DNA from: an uncultured Acidobacteriota bacterium
GTDB lineage: Bacteria > Acidobacteriota > Thermoanaerobaculia > Gp7-AA8
Assembly (NCBI GenBank): GCA_963822445.1
Contig: CAWGHO010000002.1
Location: 1,568,001 to 1,632,000, forward strand
DNA: 64,000 nt
Direction of reading: 5' to 3'
Shown here: positions 49,317 to 59,589 of the stretch, one piece after another
Layout: each line of letters starts with the position of its first letter
Position numbering within the stretch: position 1 is the first letter of the stretch
Position numbers and translations under genes: made by a program
Notes under the pieces: model-generated
Seen by the model: the letters and a program-made list of their open reading frames with translations, nothing else
Database searches by the model: none
Told to the model about the DNA's origin: nothing

Positions 49317-49775
49317 CTACATCAGATCCTCTTTCCGCCGCTGCATCATTTCCCCAAGGCTTCGCAGCTCATCGCGATCCATGGCCTTGCGCGCCCGCGG
49401 GAACATCTGCTTCTCTTCCTCTTCGGCGTGATGCTCGACGAGGTCCTTCAGCACCTTCGCCTTTGCCTTCAGCTCCTCGGGGGACGCGCCGTCGTTCATC
49501 TCCGGCATGACCATGTCCACCACGTGATGCTCCTGCACGGCCTCGAAGAACAGCTTCTTGTCTTCCTTCTTGCGGGCCGCCTCGCGGTACGCGGGATAGA
49601 AGATTTCTTCCTCGATGGTCGTGTGGACCTTCAGCTCTTTCTCGATCTGAGTCAGGAGCTTCTGGCGCCGCGCGCCCGTAGCGTTTTCGAATTGGCCGAG
49701 AAGCCCGCGCACTTTCTCGTGGTCCTGCTTGAGCAGCGCGATCGCGTCCGGTGATGCCTTCTTTTTTGAAGCCAT
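49317..49775 (-). CDS. Hemerythrin (HHE) domain protein
   Basis: LKQDH, HTTIEEEIFYPA, EH and HHAEEEEKQMFP. Confidence 0.9.
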   Translation of the reverse strand: MASKKKASPDAIALLKQDHEKVRGLLGQFENATGARRQKLLTQIEKELKVHTTIEEEIFYPAYREAARKKEDKKLFFEAVQEHHVVDMVMPEMNDGASPEELKAKAKVLKDLVEHHAEEEEKQMFPRARKAMDRDELRSLGEMMQRRKEDLM

Positions 49776-49815
49776 GGAAGATCCTCCGATTACGGAAGAT
49801 CAACAGTCAGGCCAA

Positions 49816-50679
49816 CTACTGCGCGGCGACGATGGAGCGGTTCAGAATCTCGCGCAGGTCGCGGAATACGTTCTCCGGAGGGATGCCCAGCTCGCGGCAG
49901 CTCGCGGCGCGCTTCAGCAGATTCTCGGCGGTCTTCTCATCGAACATGCGCGAATCGACGGCGCGGTTGTTCAATTCGCAGAAGGCGACGAGCGACGCCA
50001 GGGCGACGCGTTTGTTCTGGCCGCGGAACGGCCGCGACATCAGCAGCGCGAAGACGAGCGCGGCGACCTTGTCAGGAAAGGCTGGATAGGCTTCGCGGCC
50101 GAGGGTCGTGACCTGGGGGCGCTGGACGGCGCTGACCAGACCGAATTGCGAATCGACCACACCGGGCTGCGCGGAGTTTCCGCCGAATTCGACGGCCACG
50201 GCCTTGTGGATGTCGACCAGGTCCTGGACGCTGAGGTAGCGGATCCCGCCGTCAGTCGGTGAGGCGCCGAAAAGCGTTGGGGTACTTCTTGACAGCGCGC
50301 TTGAAGGCGTTGGCGACGATGGGGTTGTTGAAACCGGGCGAGCCGCTGTCGGCGGCGGCGGGGCGGGCCGGCTTGCCTTTGCCGGCGGAGGCGTCGGTTT
50401 TGGCGGGCGCTGGGGCGCTTTTGGCTGCGGCGACGGTTTTGGCTTCGCTGCCTTTGCCGGCTTTGGCTGGGGCTTTTGCGGCGGTTTTGACGGGCGCTGG
50501 GGCTTTGCCGGGGCCGCCTTTTTGGCCGGCTGCGGTTTTTTCGCCGCTGCCACTGCCTTTTTTACCGCTTTCGCCGGTTTTGCCACCGCTTTTGCCGCTT
50601 TGGCGGGCTTCGATGGCTTTGCCGCTGGTTTTCCCTGAGGCTTTGCTGGCTGTTTTTTTGGCTTTGTCTTTGTCGCCAT
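49816..50679 (-). CDS. Doc/Fic-family protein with degenerate active site and Lys/Pro/Ala-rich N-terminal extension
   Basis: YLSVQDLVDIH, SAVQRP, DKVAAL and SRPFRGQNKR (canonical HPFxDGNKR). No ATG/GTG start just before the Doc domain. Confidence 0.8.
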   Translation of the reverse strand: MATKTKPKKQPAKPQGKPAAKPSKPAKAAKAVAKPAKAVKKAVAAAKKPQPAKKAAPAKPQRPSKPPQKPQPKPAKAAKPKPSPQPKAPQRPPKPTPPPAKASRPAPPPPTAARPVSTTPSSPTPSSALSRSTPTLFGASPTDGGIRYLSVQDLVDIHKAVAVEFGGNSAQPGVVDSQFGLVSAVQRPQVTTLGREAYPAFPDKVAALVFALLMSRPFRGQNKRVALASLVAFCELNNRAVDSRMFDEKTAENLLKRAASCRELGIPPENVFRDLREILNRSIVAAQ

Positions 50680-50686
50680 GCGTCAT
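50252..50686 (-). CDS. Overprinted 144-aa Lys/Ala/Gly/Ser-rich protein with antitoxin-like C-terminal helix
   Basis: ATG 5 nt after a GAGGA RBS; ends FNNPIVANAFKRAVKKYPNAFRRLTD, stopping just before the Doc domain. Confidence 0.7.
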   Translation of the reverse strand: MTHGDKDKAKKTASKASGKTSGKAIEARQSGKSGGKTGESGKKGSGSGEKTAAGQKGGPGKAPAPVKTAAKAPAKAGKGSEAKTVAAAKSAPAPAKTDASAGKGKPARPAAADSGSPGFNNPIVANAFKRAVKKYPNAFRRLTD

Positions 50687-50718
50687 TTCAGTCCTCAGAG
50701 GCGACATGCTATCCGTCT

Positions 50719-50807
50719 TAAGTCGTTGAGTCAATGCGGCTTACGACCCAACACACTGAAATTGGAAATTAGCTGTCGAGGCTAAGTGACTGACGCACTT
50801 CGACTTA
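50719..50807. promoter_or_regulatory. Two 25-nt TAAG-N17-CTTA palindromic sites in an AT-richer promoter region
   Basis: TAAGTCG-N11-CGGCTTA (50719-50743) and TAAGTGA-N11-CGACTTA (50783-50807). Confidence 0.45.
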
Positions 50808-50839
50808 GAGAAATCGAAAGGTGCACTGAAACTTGTGCA

Positions 50840-51148
50840 TCAAACTCCGTCGGCGTCTGGATTGGCCGCGGCTGAGGCCGCCGCGTCGGAGGTGCCTTCG
50901 TACAGCGGGACGGGGTCGACGGCCAGGAAGTCTTTCGCTTTCTGGGTGATGGTGAAGCTGTCGCCCGGCGCCACGGCCTCCAGGTAGCCCTTTCGAACCA
51001 GGGAGATCGCCGGAGCCTCACCGCCGCCCGCGGGATGCTTGATGGCCTTGATGGCCTCCAGGGTCATGGTCTCGCTGTTCGTCCGCCGGAACTCCTGGAG
51101 CACCCGGATCTCGTCAGAAGTGAAGCCGCCTGGAAGGATGATTGCCAT
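50840..51148 (-). CDS. Small hypothetical protein (possible winged helix)
   Basis: 102-aa ORF with a TAGAAT box 8 nt before the ATG; LVRKGYL...FTITQKA pattern. Confidence 0.65.
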   Translation of the reverse strand: MAIILPGGFTSDEIRVLQEFRRTNSETMTLEAIKAIKHPAGGGEAPAISLVRKGYLEAVAPGDSFTITQKAKDFLAVDPVPLYEGTSDAAASAAANPDADGV

Positions 51149-51182
51149 GGCGGGTGATTCTAGTACGGCGCTGGCGCGCCTC

Positions 51183-51254
51183 GCAGTGGGCAGTGGGCAG
51201 TGGGCAGTACGCAGGGGGCGGGCCTGCCTACCGCCTACTGCCTACCGCCTACTG
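51183..51254. repeat. Inverted heptamer tandem repeat
   Basis: (GCAGTGG)~4 ... (CCTACYG)~4; overlaps the nei stop codon. Confidence 0.8.
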
Positions 51255-52053
51255 GTGGCGTGGGCGGCTGGCACACCGGACACCAGTACGTTCCCCGCAC
51301 GTCCTTCCCCTGTTTCCGATACGCGATCGGCGTCCCGCACTTGCGGCAAGGCTTGCCGCCGCGGCTGAACACGTACGTCGGTTGCGACGGGTCGAGGCTG
51401 AAGGTCGTGATGCGTTGGGTGGAGCGTTTCGCCACGTTCGCGAGCATCACCTTCCGCGCGGTTTTCAGCATCGTCTCGATCTGCTCGTCGGTCAGATCGC
51501 GAACCACCGTGAACGGATTGATCCGCGACATGAACAGCACCTCGGACTTGTACTCGTTGCCGATTCCCGAAACGACGCGTTGATTGAGGATCACGTCGGC
51601 GATCTCCGTGTCCGCGCGAGCGCGAATCCGCCGCCTGGCTTCGGCTGCATCGAACGTCTCGCCGAGGAAATCGGGGCCGATCTTGCGCAGGTCTTCCTGC
51701 CGATCGTCGTAAAACTCCGCGACCGGCACGTTGAACGCGACCGCCACCCAGCTGTCGGTCTCGATGGCGATGCGCATGTCACCGCGCGGCCGTCGCCAGC
51801 GCTCGCCCGGTTTGTAGATGTGCCAGGAGCCGTGCATGCGCATGTGCGTGCGCAGATGCAGGTCGCCGGAGAAGTGCATGAGCAGGTTCTTGCCCGCCGC
51901 TTCGACCGATTCGATGGTGCGGCCGGCGAGCGGCGCGTCTTCGTCGATCCGCGCGAGCTGCGGAAGCACGGTCTCGAACCGCGTGATCACCCGTCCGGCC
52001 AGCGCGATGTTCAGCGTGTTCGCCGCGCGATGGATGGTGTCGCCTTCAGGCAT
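51235..52053 (-). CDS. nei: Fpg/Nei family DNA glycosylase (endonuclease VIII-like)
   Basis: N-terminal MPEG, GKNL, HMRMHGSW, NQRVVSGIGN (H2TH) and CRKC...CPVCQ zinc finger. Confidence 0.9.
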   Translation of the reverse strand: MPEGDTIHRAANTLNIALAGRVITRFETVLPQLARIDEDAPLAGRTIESVEAAGKNLLMHFSGDLHLRTHMRMHGSWHIYKPGERWRRPRGDMRIAIETDSWVAVAFNVPVAEFYDDRQEDLRKIGPDFLGETFDAAEARRRIRARADTEIADVILNQRVVSGIGNEYKSEVLFMSRINPFTVVRDLTDEQIETMLKTARKVMLANVAKRSTQRITTFSLDPSQPTYVFSRGGKPCRKCGTPIAYRKQGKDVRGTYWCPVCQPPTPPVGGRQ

Positions 52054-55000
52054 GTCTCGCCTGGACCGCGCGCAGTTGGTACCCCATCGCCGTCGGCGCG
52101 AATCCTTCTTCGACGAGGAACGGCGCGATCGCGTGGCGGCTCACCGGCTCGTCGTTCACTTCCGTGATCAGCATCGCCCGCCGTGGCCCGTCGGTGACGA
52201 GCGAGGCGAGCATTCGCGCAACGGCCCGCGCGACATGCGACCGTAGCGGCTCATCCTCGGGCAGAAAGACGATGAGTTGCTTCTCGCCGCGCGAGATGTA
52301 GCAGGCCATCAGCCCGTTCACGAGGATCACCTGCGCGCCGACGCTGCGCGACAGCGTCCACTTCGACTCCGGCCATTTCACGATCGCGCCGTACGGATTC
52401 GCGGGATCGGTCGCGGACAGCATCACCGCCTCCGTGTCCTCGGGTTCGTGGCGCAATGACCGCAGAAGATCGATGGCGCCGCCCGTGGCGAACTGCGTCG
52501 CACCGAGTCCGGCGACGAAATAACCGCGGCGGATCCGTCCCGCTTCTTCGAGCGCCCTCAGAATCGGATAAACCGCCGAAAAACCGCCGTAGATGTTCTC
52601 GAGCGCCGGCGCCTCGCGCGTCACCACGCCGTAGCGAGCGAGGAGCTGATGCGCGATCGCGTTTGCGCGCTGCGTGTCGTTGGTCGATGCGGGCGGGACG
52701 AGCGACCAGCGCCCCTGCGTCGACGGCGGCGCAACGCGTCTCGAGCGAAATCCACTGCCGCGCGGTTGCGCGGCGTGCTCTTCTTCGCGGCCCCGCGAGT
52801 GAATGCGCGAAGCGCGTGGAAGGTGTCGTTGGTGACTGCGCCTTTCCAGACCAGATCCCAGACCGAGTTCACCAGCTCGTGCGGGAAACCACCCAGAGCC
52901 GCCTGGATCTGGTTGAAGAACGAGGCGCCGTGCGTGCGCAGATACTCGACGAATCGCCGACTCCTCGGCAGGCTGCGGTTGATGCAGCAGCGCCAGGTGA
53001 TCGGTGAGATAGACGGCGATGCGGCCGTCGCGGTCGCCGAGAGGCTCGACGCCGACCCAGACGATCTCGCCGGCCGCGCTCAGGGTGTCGAGATCGGATG
53101 GCTTGTAGTTCTCGATGCGCGCCGCGAGGATCTCGCTCTCGAAAATCGACGCGGCCATGGGGAAGCCCTGCAGCGACTCGACGACTTCGAGAATCGCGTC
53201 GAGACCACGGCGCTCGCCGCATGATGCCCTGCCAGTTCGTGAAGAGCCGCGCCAGCACGCGGCTGATCGACAGGCTCCGCTTCCTTGCGCAGTTTCGCCA
53301 GCGAGCGGCGGCGGATCGATGCGAAGGACTTCGTTGTCGCACCACTCCCGTTGTGTGCCGCCGGGACGAAACTCGCCTTCGATGAAGCGACCGCGCTCGA
53401 CGAACCGCTCCAGCGCGAGGGTGATGACGGCGATGCCGAGTCCGTAGCGGCGCGCGACGTCGTGCGGTGTGAACGGACCGTGCGTGCGGGCAAAGCGCAG
53501 AACGAGATCGCCGATCGGATCGGCAACTGGTTGCAGATAGCGCTCGGCGATTCCCGCCGGCATCGGTGTACCGAGTGCGTCGCGGTAGCGGGAAATGTCC
53601 TCGACGGCGATGAAGCGTTTCTCGCGGGCGATGGGGATCTCGACGATGCGGCGTTGTTTGAGGAGGTCCTTCAGGTGCGGCTGCAGGCGTCTCGCCTGCC
53701 ACACGGGCTGCAATCTCCTCTTCGGTCAGATCCCCGAACCGCAGCAACAGATCGTGAATCGCATCCGCATTCCGCGCCTTTCGCTCCTCGGTCAGATGCT
53801 GCAGCTCGAGCTCCGTCTGCTCGAGCGCGTCGGGATCGAGCAACTCCCGCAGCTCCGGCTCGCCAAGCAATTCGCGAAGCTGCGACTGGTCGATGGCCAG
53901 CGCCTGCGCACGCCGCTCGGCGAGCGGTGCGTCGCCGTCATACAGAAAATTCGCAACATAGCGGAAGAGCACTGACGCCGCGAACGGCGACGGCTTGGCC
54001 GTATCCGCGGTGTGCACGTGGATCGTGCGCTGGCGGATCGTCTTCGCGATCTCGACCAGGGCCTGCACATCGAAGACGTCGCGGAGCGTCTCGCGATAGG
54101 CCTCGAGGATGATCGGGAACGACCCGAATCGCGACGCGACCTGCAGCAGGTCGTACGCGCGTTTGCGCTGCTGCCACATCGGCGTGCGGCCCTGCGCTCG
54201 GCGGCGCGGCAGCAGCAACGCGCGCGCCGCGGCCTCGCGGAACTTCGCCGCGAACATCGAGCTCGCTCCGAGCTGCCGCAGGAGCAGCTGCTCGATCTCA
54301 TCGGGATCGGGCAGCACCAGCTCCGCGGCCGGAGGCTTGTCCGTCTCGGGGAAGCGGATGATGAAGCCGTCGTCGCTCCACATCGATTCGACGTCGATGG
54401 CCAGCTCCGCGCGCACTTTCGCGGTCACGGCCATGGCCCACGGCGCGTGAATCTTTCCGCCGAACGGCGTGAGCACGCAGACGCGCCAGTCGCCCAGCTC
54501 GTCCATCACCCGCTCGATGACGATCGTGCGATCGTCCGGGACCGCGCCGGTGGCTTCCTGCTGGTCGGCGAGGTACTGCAGAAAATTCTCGGCCGCGTCT
54601 TTGTCGAGATCGTGTCTCGTGACGAGACGTTTGATCGCCGCGTCGCGCTTGGTCTCGCGAATCTCGCGCACGAGCTTTCCGATCGCCTCGCCGAAGGGGA
54701 CGGTGCGCTCGGCGGCGTCGGCTTTCCAGAACGGCATCTTCCCCGGCTGTCCCGGCGCGGGCGTGACGATCACTTTGTCGTGCGTGATCTCTTCGATGCG
54801 CCAGGTCGATGCGCCGAGGACGAAAGTCTCGCCGGCGGAGGCCTCGAAGACCATCTCTTCATCGAGCTCGCCGACGCGCGCGGATTGGTTCTTCTCCGTG
54901 CCGGCCAGGAAAACGCCGTACAGGCCGCGGTCGGGGATCGTCCCGCCGCTGGTGATGGCGATGCGCTTCGAGCCCAGGCGCGCGGTGACCATATTCGCAA

Positions 55001-56588
55001 CGCGATCCCACGTCAGGCGCGGCCGCAACTCCGCGAATTCGTCCGACGGGTAGAGGCCGGAGAGCATGTCCATCACGCCGTCGAACGCGGTGCGCGACAG
55101 CTCGGCATACGGCGCGGCGCTGCGGATCGCGGCGTACAGATCGTCGACGTTCCAGTCGTCGATCGCGACCATGGCCACGATCTGCTGCGACGAGGACGTC
55201 GAGCGGATTCCGCGGATACCGCGTCGGTTCGATCGTCCCCTCATGCATCGCCTCAGCGACAGCAGCGCAGGCCACGAGATCGCCGCGGAACTTCGGGAAG
55301 ATGATGCCGCTCGACTCCGCGCCGACCTGGTGGCTCGCGCGTCCGATCCGCTGCATGCCCGAGGCGATGGATGGCGGTGCTTCGATCTGGATGACGAGAT
55401 CGATGGCGCCCATGTCGATCCCAGCTCCAGCGAGGACGTGGCCACGAGCGCGGGCAACCGTCCCGATTTGAGGTTGTCCTCGATCTCGACGCGTTGCGCG
55501 CGAGCGATCGAGCCGTGATGCGCCTGCACGAGCGTCTCGCCGGCCAGCTCGTTGATCGCACCCGCGAGCCGCTCCGCAAGCCGTCGCGAGTTGACGAAGA
55601 TCAGTGTCGACGTGTGCGCGCGAATGAGCTCGAGCAATCGCGGATGAATGGCCGGCCAGATGGAAGGCGAGCGCGGACCGAGCGCCGCGGGTCCGCTCTG
55701 GATCTCCGTCTCCGCCGCCAGCTTGGCCATGTCCTCGACCGGGACTTCGACTTGAGCGTGAGCTTTTTCTTTTCGCCGGTGTCGATGATGGTGACCGGGC
55801 GGAAGGTGGCGTGGGTGCGGTCGGCCTTCGAATTCGTCGTGGAGCTGGTGTCGGGTTGTCCGGTTGTCGGTTTGCAGGTGTTTTCACCCGAGAACCCGAC
55901 AACCCGACAACCTGACGACCCCCTAGGAAACTGCGCAACCTCTTCGAGTGGCCTCTGCGTCGCCGACAGCCCGATCCTCTGCGGCTGCTTGTCGCAGCGC
56001 ATCGCCAGGCGTTCGAGCGAGACGGCCATGTGCGCGCCGCGCTTGTTCGGGACGAGCGCGTGGATCTCGTCGATGATGATCGTCTCGATGCCGCGCAGGA
56101 CGTCGCGCGCGTTCGAGGTCGCAGGAGGTACAGCGACTCGGGCGTGGTGATGAGGATGTCCGCCGGGTCGCGGGCGAATTTCGCGCGTTCCGATTGCGGC
56201 GTGTCGCCGGTGCGGGTGGCGATCTCGGGGATCGTGAATTCGTCGCCGCGGGCGCTGGCGACGTTCGAGATTCCGGCCAGCGGCGCGCGCAGGTTTCGCT
56301 CGACGTCGACGGCCAGTGCTTTCAGCGGTGAGACATAGATGCACCCGGCAGCGGCGCTCTTTCGGCGGGCGCGGGCGTGAACATCAGGCGGTCGAGCGCC
56401 CAGAGGAACGCCGTCAGGGTTTTGCCGCTCCGGTGGGCGCCATGATCAGCGTCCAGTCCCCGCTGGCGATGGCCGGCCAGCCCTGTTGCTGGGCCTTCGT
56501 CGGCGAACGCGAACGAGGCCGCAAACCACTCCCGCACAGCAGGATGAAAGACGTCGAGTGTCATGTCTGCTTTGGGAGTGCGCGGCAT
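52046..56588 (-). pseudogene. lhr: Long Lhr-family SF2 helicase, broken by many frameshifts (probably sequence errors)
   Basis: Colinear fragments: SGKTLTAFL, IIDEIHAL, GLSAT, AHHGS, VATSSLELG, QRIGRASH, GGTIPDRG, GELDEEMVFE and RRGYFVAGLG. Confidence 0.85.
55847..55921. repeat. Inverted octamer tandem repeat inside lhr
   Basis: (GGTTGTCG/C)n ... (CGACAACC)n. Confidence 0.75.
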
Positions 56589-56680
56589 AGTGAGCGTCGT
56601 CACGCTGCTGGACAACCTCTGTGACCGCTGCAAGAATAGTGGCCAGTCCCCAAAGGCATGAAGCGGGTGAAGGACGGGCG

Positions 56681-57446
56681 ATGCGGCTGAAGGTGCTCGG
56701 CGCGTATGGAGCGTCGGATGCAGAACACAATCTGACCGGGTACCTGATCGACGACTGGTTCGCAGTCGACGCCGGGACACTGACGTCGAAGTTGTCGTTC
56801 GCGCAGCAGGCCCGCGTTCAGGCGGTGTTCATCACGCATCCCGCACGCCGATCACATCCGCGATCTTCCCCACCTGATTCACAACCGCTTCGCCAGACCG
56901 CCGGCCCGCTCACGATCTTCGCGTCGAAAGAGGTGATGGACCTTCTCTCTCGCGACGTCTTCAACGGCTGCGTGTGGCCCGACTTCTCCGAGATCATCTC
57001 GCCGCTGACCGGCAAGCCCGCCGTGCAATATCGTTCGCTCACGCCCGGCAAACGCATCGTCTTCAACGACGTCGGCATCACCGCCGTCTCCGTCGATCAC
57101 CAGATCCCCGCCGCCGGCTGCATCCTGGAGATGAACGGCCAGACCATCGTCTTCACCGGCGACACCGGCCCCACGAACGAGATCTGGAAGCGGACCAACA
57201 AATGCCAGAACGTGGTCGCGGTCGTGACCGAAGCGTCGTTCCCGAACGATCAGCAGGCGCTGGCCGACCGAGACCGCGCACCTCTCGCCGAATACGTTCG
57301 GCGAAGAGCTGAAGAAGATCACCGTCGACGCGCCGGTCTACGCCAGCCATCGCAAGATCCCGTACGAGCGCGACATCGAATCGCAGATCCGGAACCTGCG
57401 CGACCGCAGGGCGAGGGTGTTGCTGGAGAAGAATTACACGCTCTAG
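56681..57446 (+). pseudogene. MBL-fold hydrolase, class II cyclic-nucleotide phosphodiesterase-like; about 3 frameshifts
   Basis: VDAG, a reconstructable THPHADHI motif, VDH, FTGDTGPT, EASFPN and AHLSP. Confidence 0.78.
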
Positions 57447-59401
57447 CGGATCCCCAGTTCCTCGTAAATCTCCCTCGGATCAAACACCTTCCCGTCCTTC
57501 ACCACCTTCACCACGCGCCGGATGTCGCTGATGTTCTGCGTCGGGTCGCCGTCGACGAGGACGAAATCCGCGAGCTTGCCCGGCTCGATCGTGCCAAGGT
57601 CCTTGTCGCGCTTCGTCACTTCCGCGGCGGTGAGCGTCGCGATGCGAAGCACGTCTTTCGGAGCGATGCCGGCCTGCACGTACAGCTCGAGCTCGCGATG
57701 CAGGGTGAATCCGGACAAGCCGTCGGTGCCGGCCACGATGGTGACACCGCCGTTGTGCATCGCGCCGATCATCTCCACCATCTTTTTGAATGACGCGCGA
57801 TACCGCTCGTCCATCCCTTCAGGCACGGGCAGGCCCCCGGTGACGAACCAGCGCCGGACCTGCGGCGGCATGCGGTCGACGATCATCGCGTAGCTCGGCG
57901 ACGGTGTGCCGAGGCGTGAGGTGAACATGTTCTCGAAGACGGTCACCGTCGGATCGACGACCACGCCGCGCTCCTTCAGTTTCGCGATGAACGCGCGCAC
58001 CTCCGCGGAATTCAGATCGAGATCGGCGCCGCGCTTCGCCGGCTCGGTGAATCGCGCCGGCGTGCGCGTGTCGGTCACGTCGGGCATGAAGTTGAGGAAG
58101 AGCATATTGACGTGCTGGATCTCGTCGTAGCCCGCATCGACGGCATCGGCCGCACGCATCCCCGCGGGAATGTGACCGCTGACGCGAAGGCCGTGATCGT
58201 GCGCGTACTTCGTCATGAACGGCACGAGCTCGGGCTTGATGGAGCTGTAGATCTTGATGCCCTCGTACTTGCGCTCGACGTAGAAATCGATGGCCTTCTT
58301 CGCCGCCTCCTCGTCGCCGGCCAGGATGTTGATCGGTCCCTGGAACGGTCCCGGTCCGTCGATCAGACCGGACAAGACGATCCGCGGGCCGACGGCTTCG
58401 CCGGCGTCGATCTTCTGCTTTAGGTCGAGGAGGGTGTCGCTGTCGTTGCCGAGGTCGCGGGCGGAGGTGATGCCGGCGGCGATGTTGAGGAGGCCGTCGG
58501 TGTCGGACATGTGCGTGTGCATGTCCCAGAGGCCGGGCAGGAGCACCTTGCCGTTGGCGTTGACGACGTCCGCCGCGTTCCACTCGATGGGCGTGCCCAT
58601 CGAGTGAATGCGATTGCCCTCGACGTTGACGATGGTCGGCGTGGAGAGCGTTCCCGTGCGCGGATCGAAGACGCGCGCGTTGACGATGCTCAGGCGGTTC
58701 GCTGTCGGCGTATGCGTGAATCGTTTTGCCAGCTCGCCGATCCGCGCTGCGGCGCGCTTGTCCTGCGCCTCGATCAGCTGCTTCGCCTCGGCCTCGAACC
58801 CCTCGCGAATGGTCGACGACCAGGCGGAGACGCTCCCGAAGAGATTGAGATCGTCATCGAGCCAGACTTCGAATGGCGTGAATCCCAGTCCGCCGATCTC
58901 GTACGCGGTGACATGCGTGCCCTTGACCGTTTCCTCGCCGACTTTGCGGATCGTCGCCTCGCCGCTGGGATAGACCGGCAATGTTCCCCCGGCCCTGATC
59001 AGCGCCTTCGCCATGATCCCCACTTCCTCGGGCGCCCCGTACACGCTGGCGTAAAAGCCGCCGCTCTTCGCTTCGCCGGCTTCCGCGGAGTTCTTCCATT
59101 TCGCGAGGCCGTTCTCGGTCGAGAACTGCTCGCTGACGGGCTGCTTCATGTAGTCGTTGCCGGCGATGGTCATCGACAGCGGGATGCCGCGCTCGTCGAG
59201 TTTGATCACCGAGTGTGTCTTCGGACCGCGCCCGCGATCGTTGAATTCGTAGTCGACGGTCATCTCTTCGCCGCGCGTCATGACGACCTGTTTGCCCGCG
59301 ACGTTCGTGCTCATCAGGACTGTGTAGCTTCGGGTCGGCGTGTCTCGTGCCGGCTGGTGGGCGCAGGCGGTGACGAGGAGGAGCGCGATGACGGTTCGCA
59401 T
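57443..59401 (-). CDS. Secreted or lipoprotein amidohydrolase
   Basis: Hydrophobic N-terminus with Cys; PGLWDMHTH, AGTD and GTIEPGKLADFVLVDGDP. Confidence 0.9.
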   Translation of the reverse strand: MRTVIALLLVTACAHQPARDTPTRSYTVLMSTNVAGKQVVMTRGEEMTVDYEFNDRGRGPKTHSVIKLDERGIPLSMTIAGNDYMKQPVSEQFSTENGLAKWKNSAEAGEAKSGGFYASVYGAPEEVGIMAKALIRAGGTLPVYPSGEATIRKVGEETVKGTHVTAYEIGGLGFTPFEVWLDDDLNLFGSVSAWSSTIREGFEAEAKQLIEAQDKRAAARIGELAKRFTHTPTANRLSIVNARVFDPRTGTLSTPTIVNVEGNRIHSMGTPIEWNAADVVNANGKVLLPGLWDMHTHMSDTDGLLNIAAGITSARDLGNDSDTLLDLKQKIDAGEAVGPRIVLSGLIDGPGPFQGPINILAGDEEAAKKAIDFYVERKYEGIKIYSSIKPELVPFMTKYAHDHGLRVSGHIPAGMRAADAVDAGYDEIQHVNMLFLNFMPDVTDTRTPARFTEPAKRGADLDLNSAEVRAFIAKLKERGVVVDPTVTVFENMFTSRLGTPSPSYAMIVDRMPPQVRRWFVTGGLPVPEGMDERYRASFKKMVEMIGAMHNGGVTIVAGTDGLSGFTLHRELELYVQAGIAPKDVLRIATLTAAEVTKRDKDLGTIEPGKLADFVLVDGDPTQNISDIRRVVKVVKDGKVFDPREIYEELGIR

Positions 59402-59407
59402 TCGCGA

Positions 59408-59581
59408 GATTCTAAGGGGAACGACGGGAGGCCTCCGGCGGGCCGGCCACGGGCCGGCAGCGCTGATGTTGGCGTGAACGCGTTCCGCGCTAGCTCCGAC
59501 GAGTTCGGCAGAAGGCACAACCAGCGGATGCCGGCCCGTGGCCGGCCCGCCGGAGGCCCCTCGTCGTTCCCCTTTAGAATC
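59408..59581. repeat. 174-bp element with ~50-bp terminal inverted repeats (REPIN/MITE-like)
   Basis: GATTCTAAGGGGAACGACG...CCGGCA / TGCCGG...CGTCGTTCCCCTTTAGAATC. Confidence 0.85.
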
Positions 59582-59589
59582 ACACCGCG

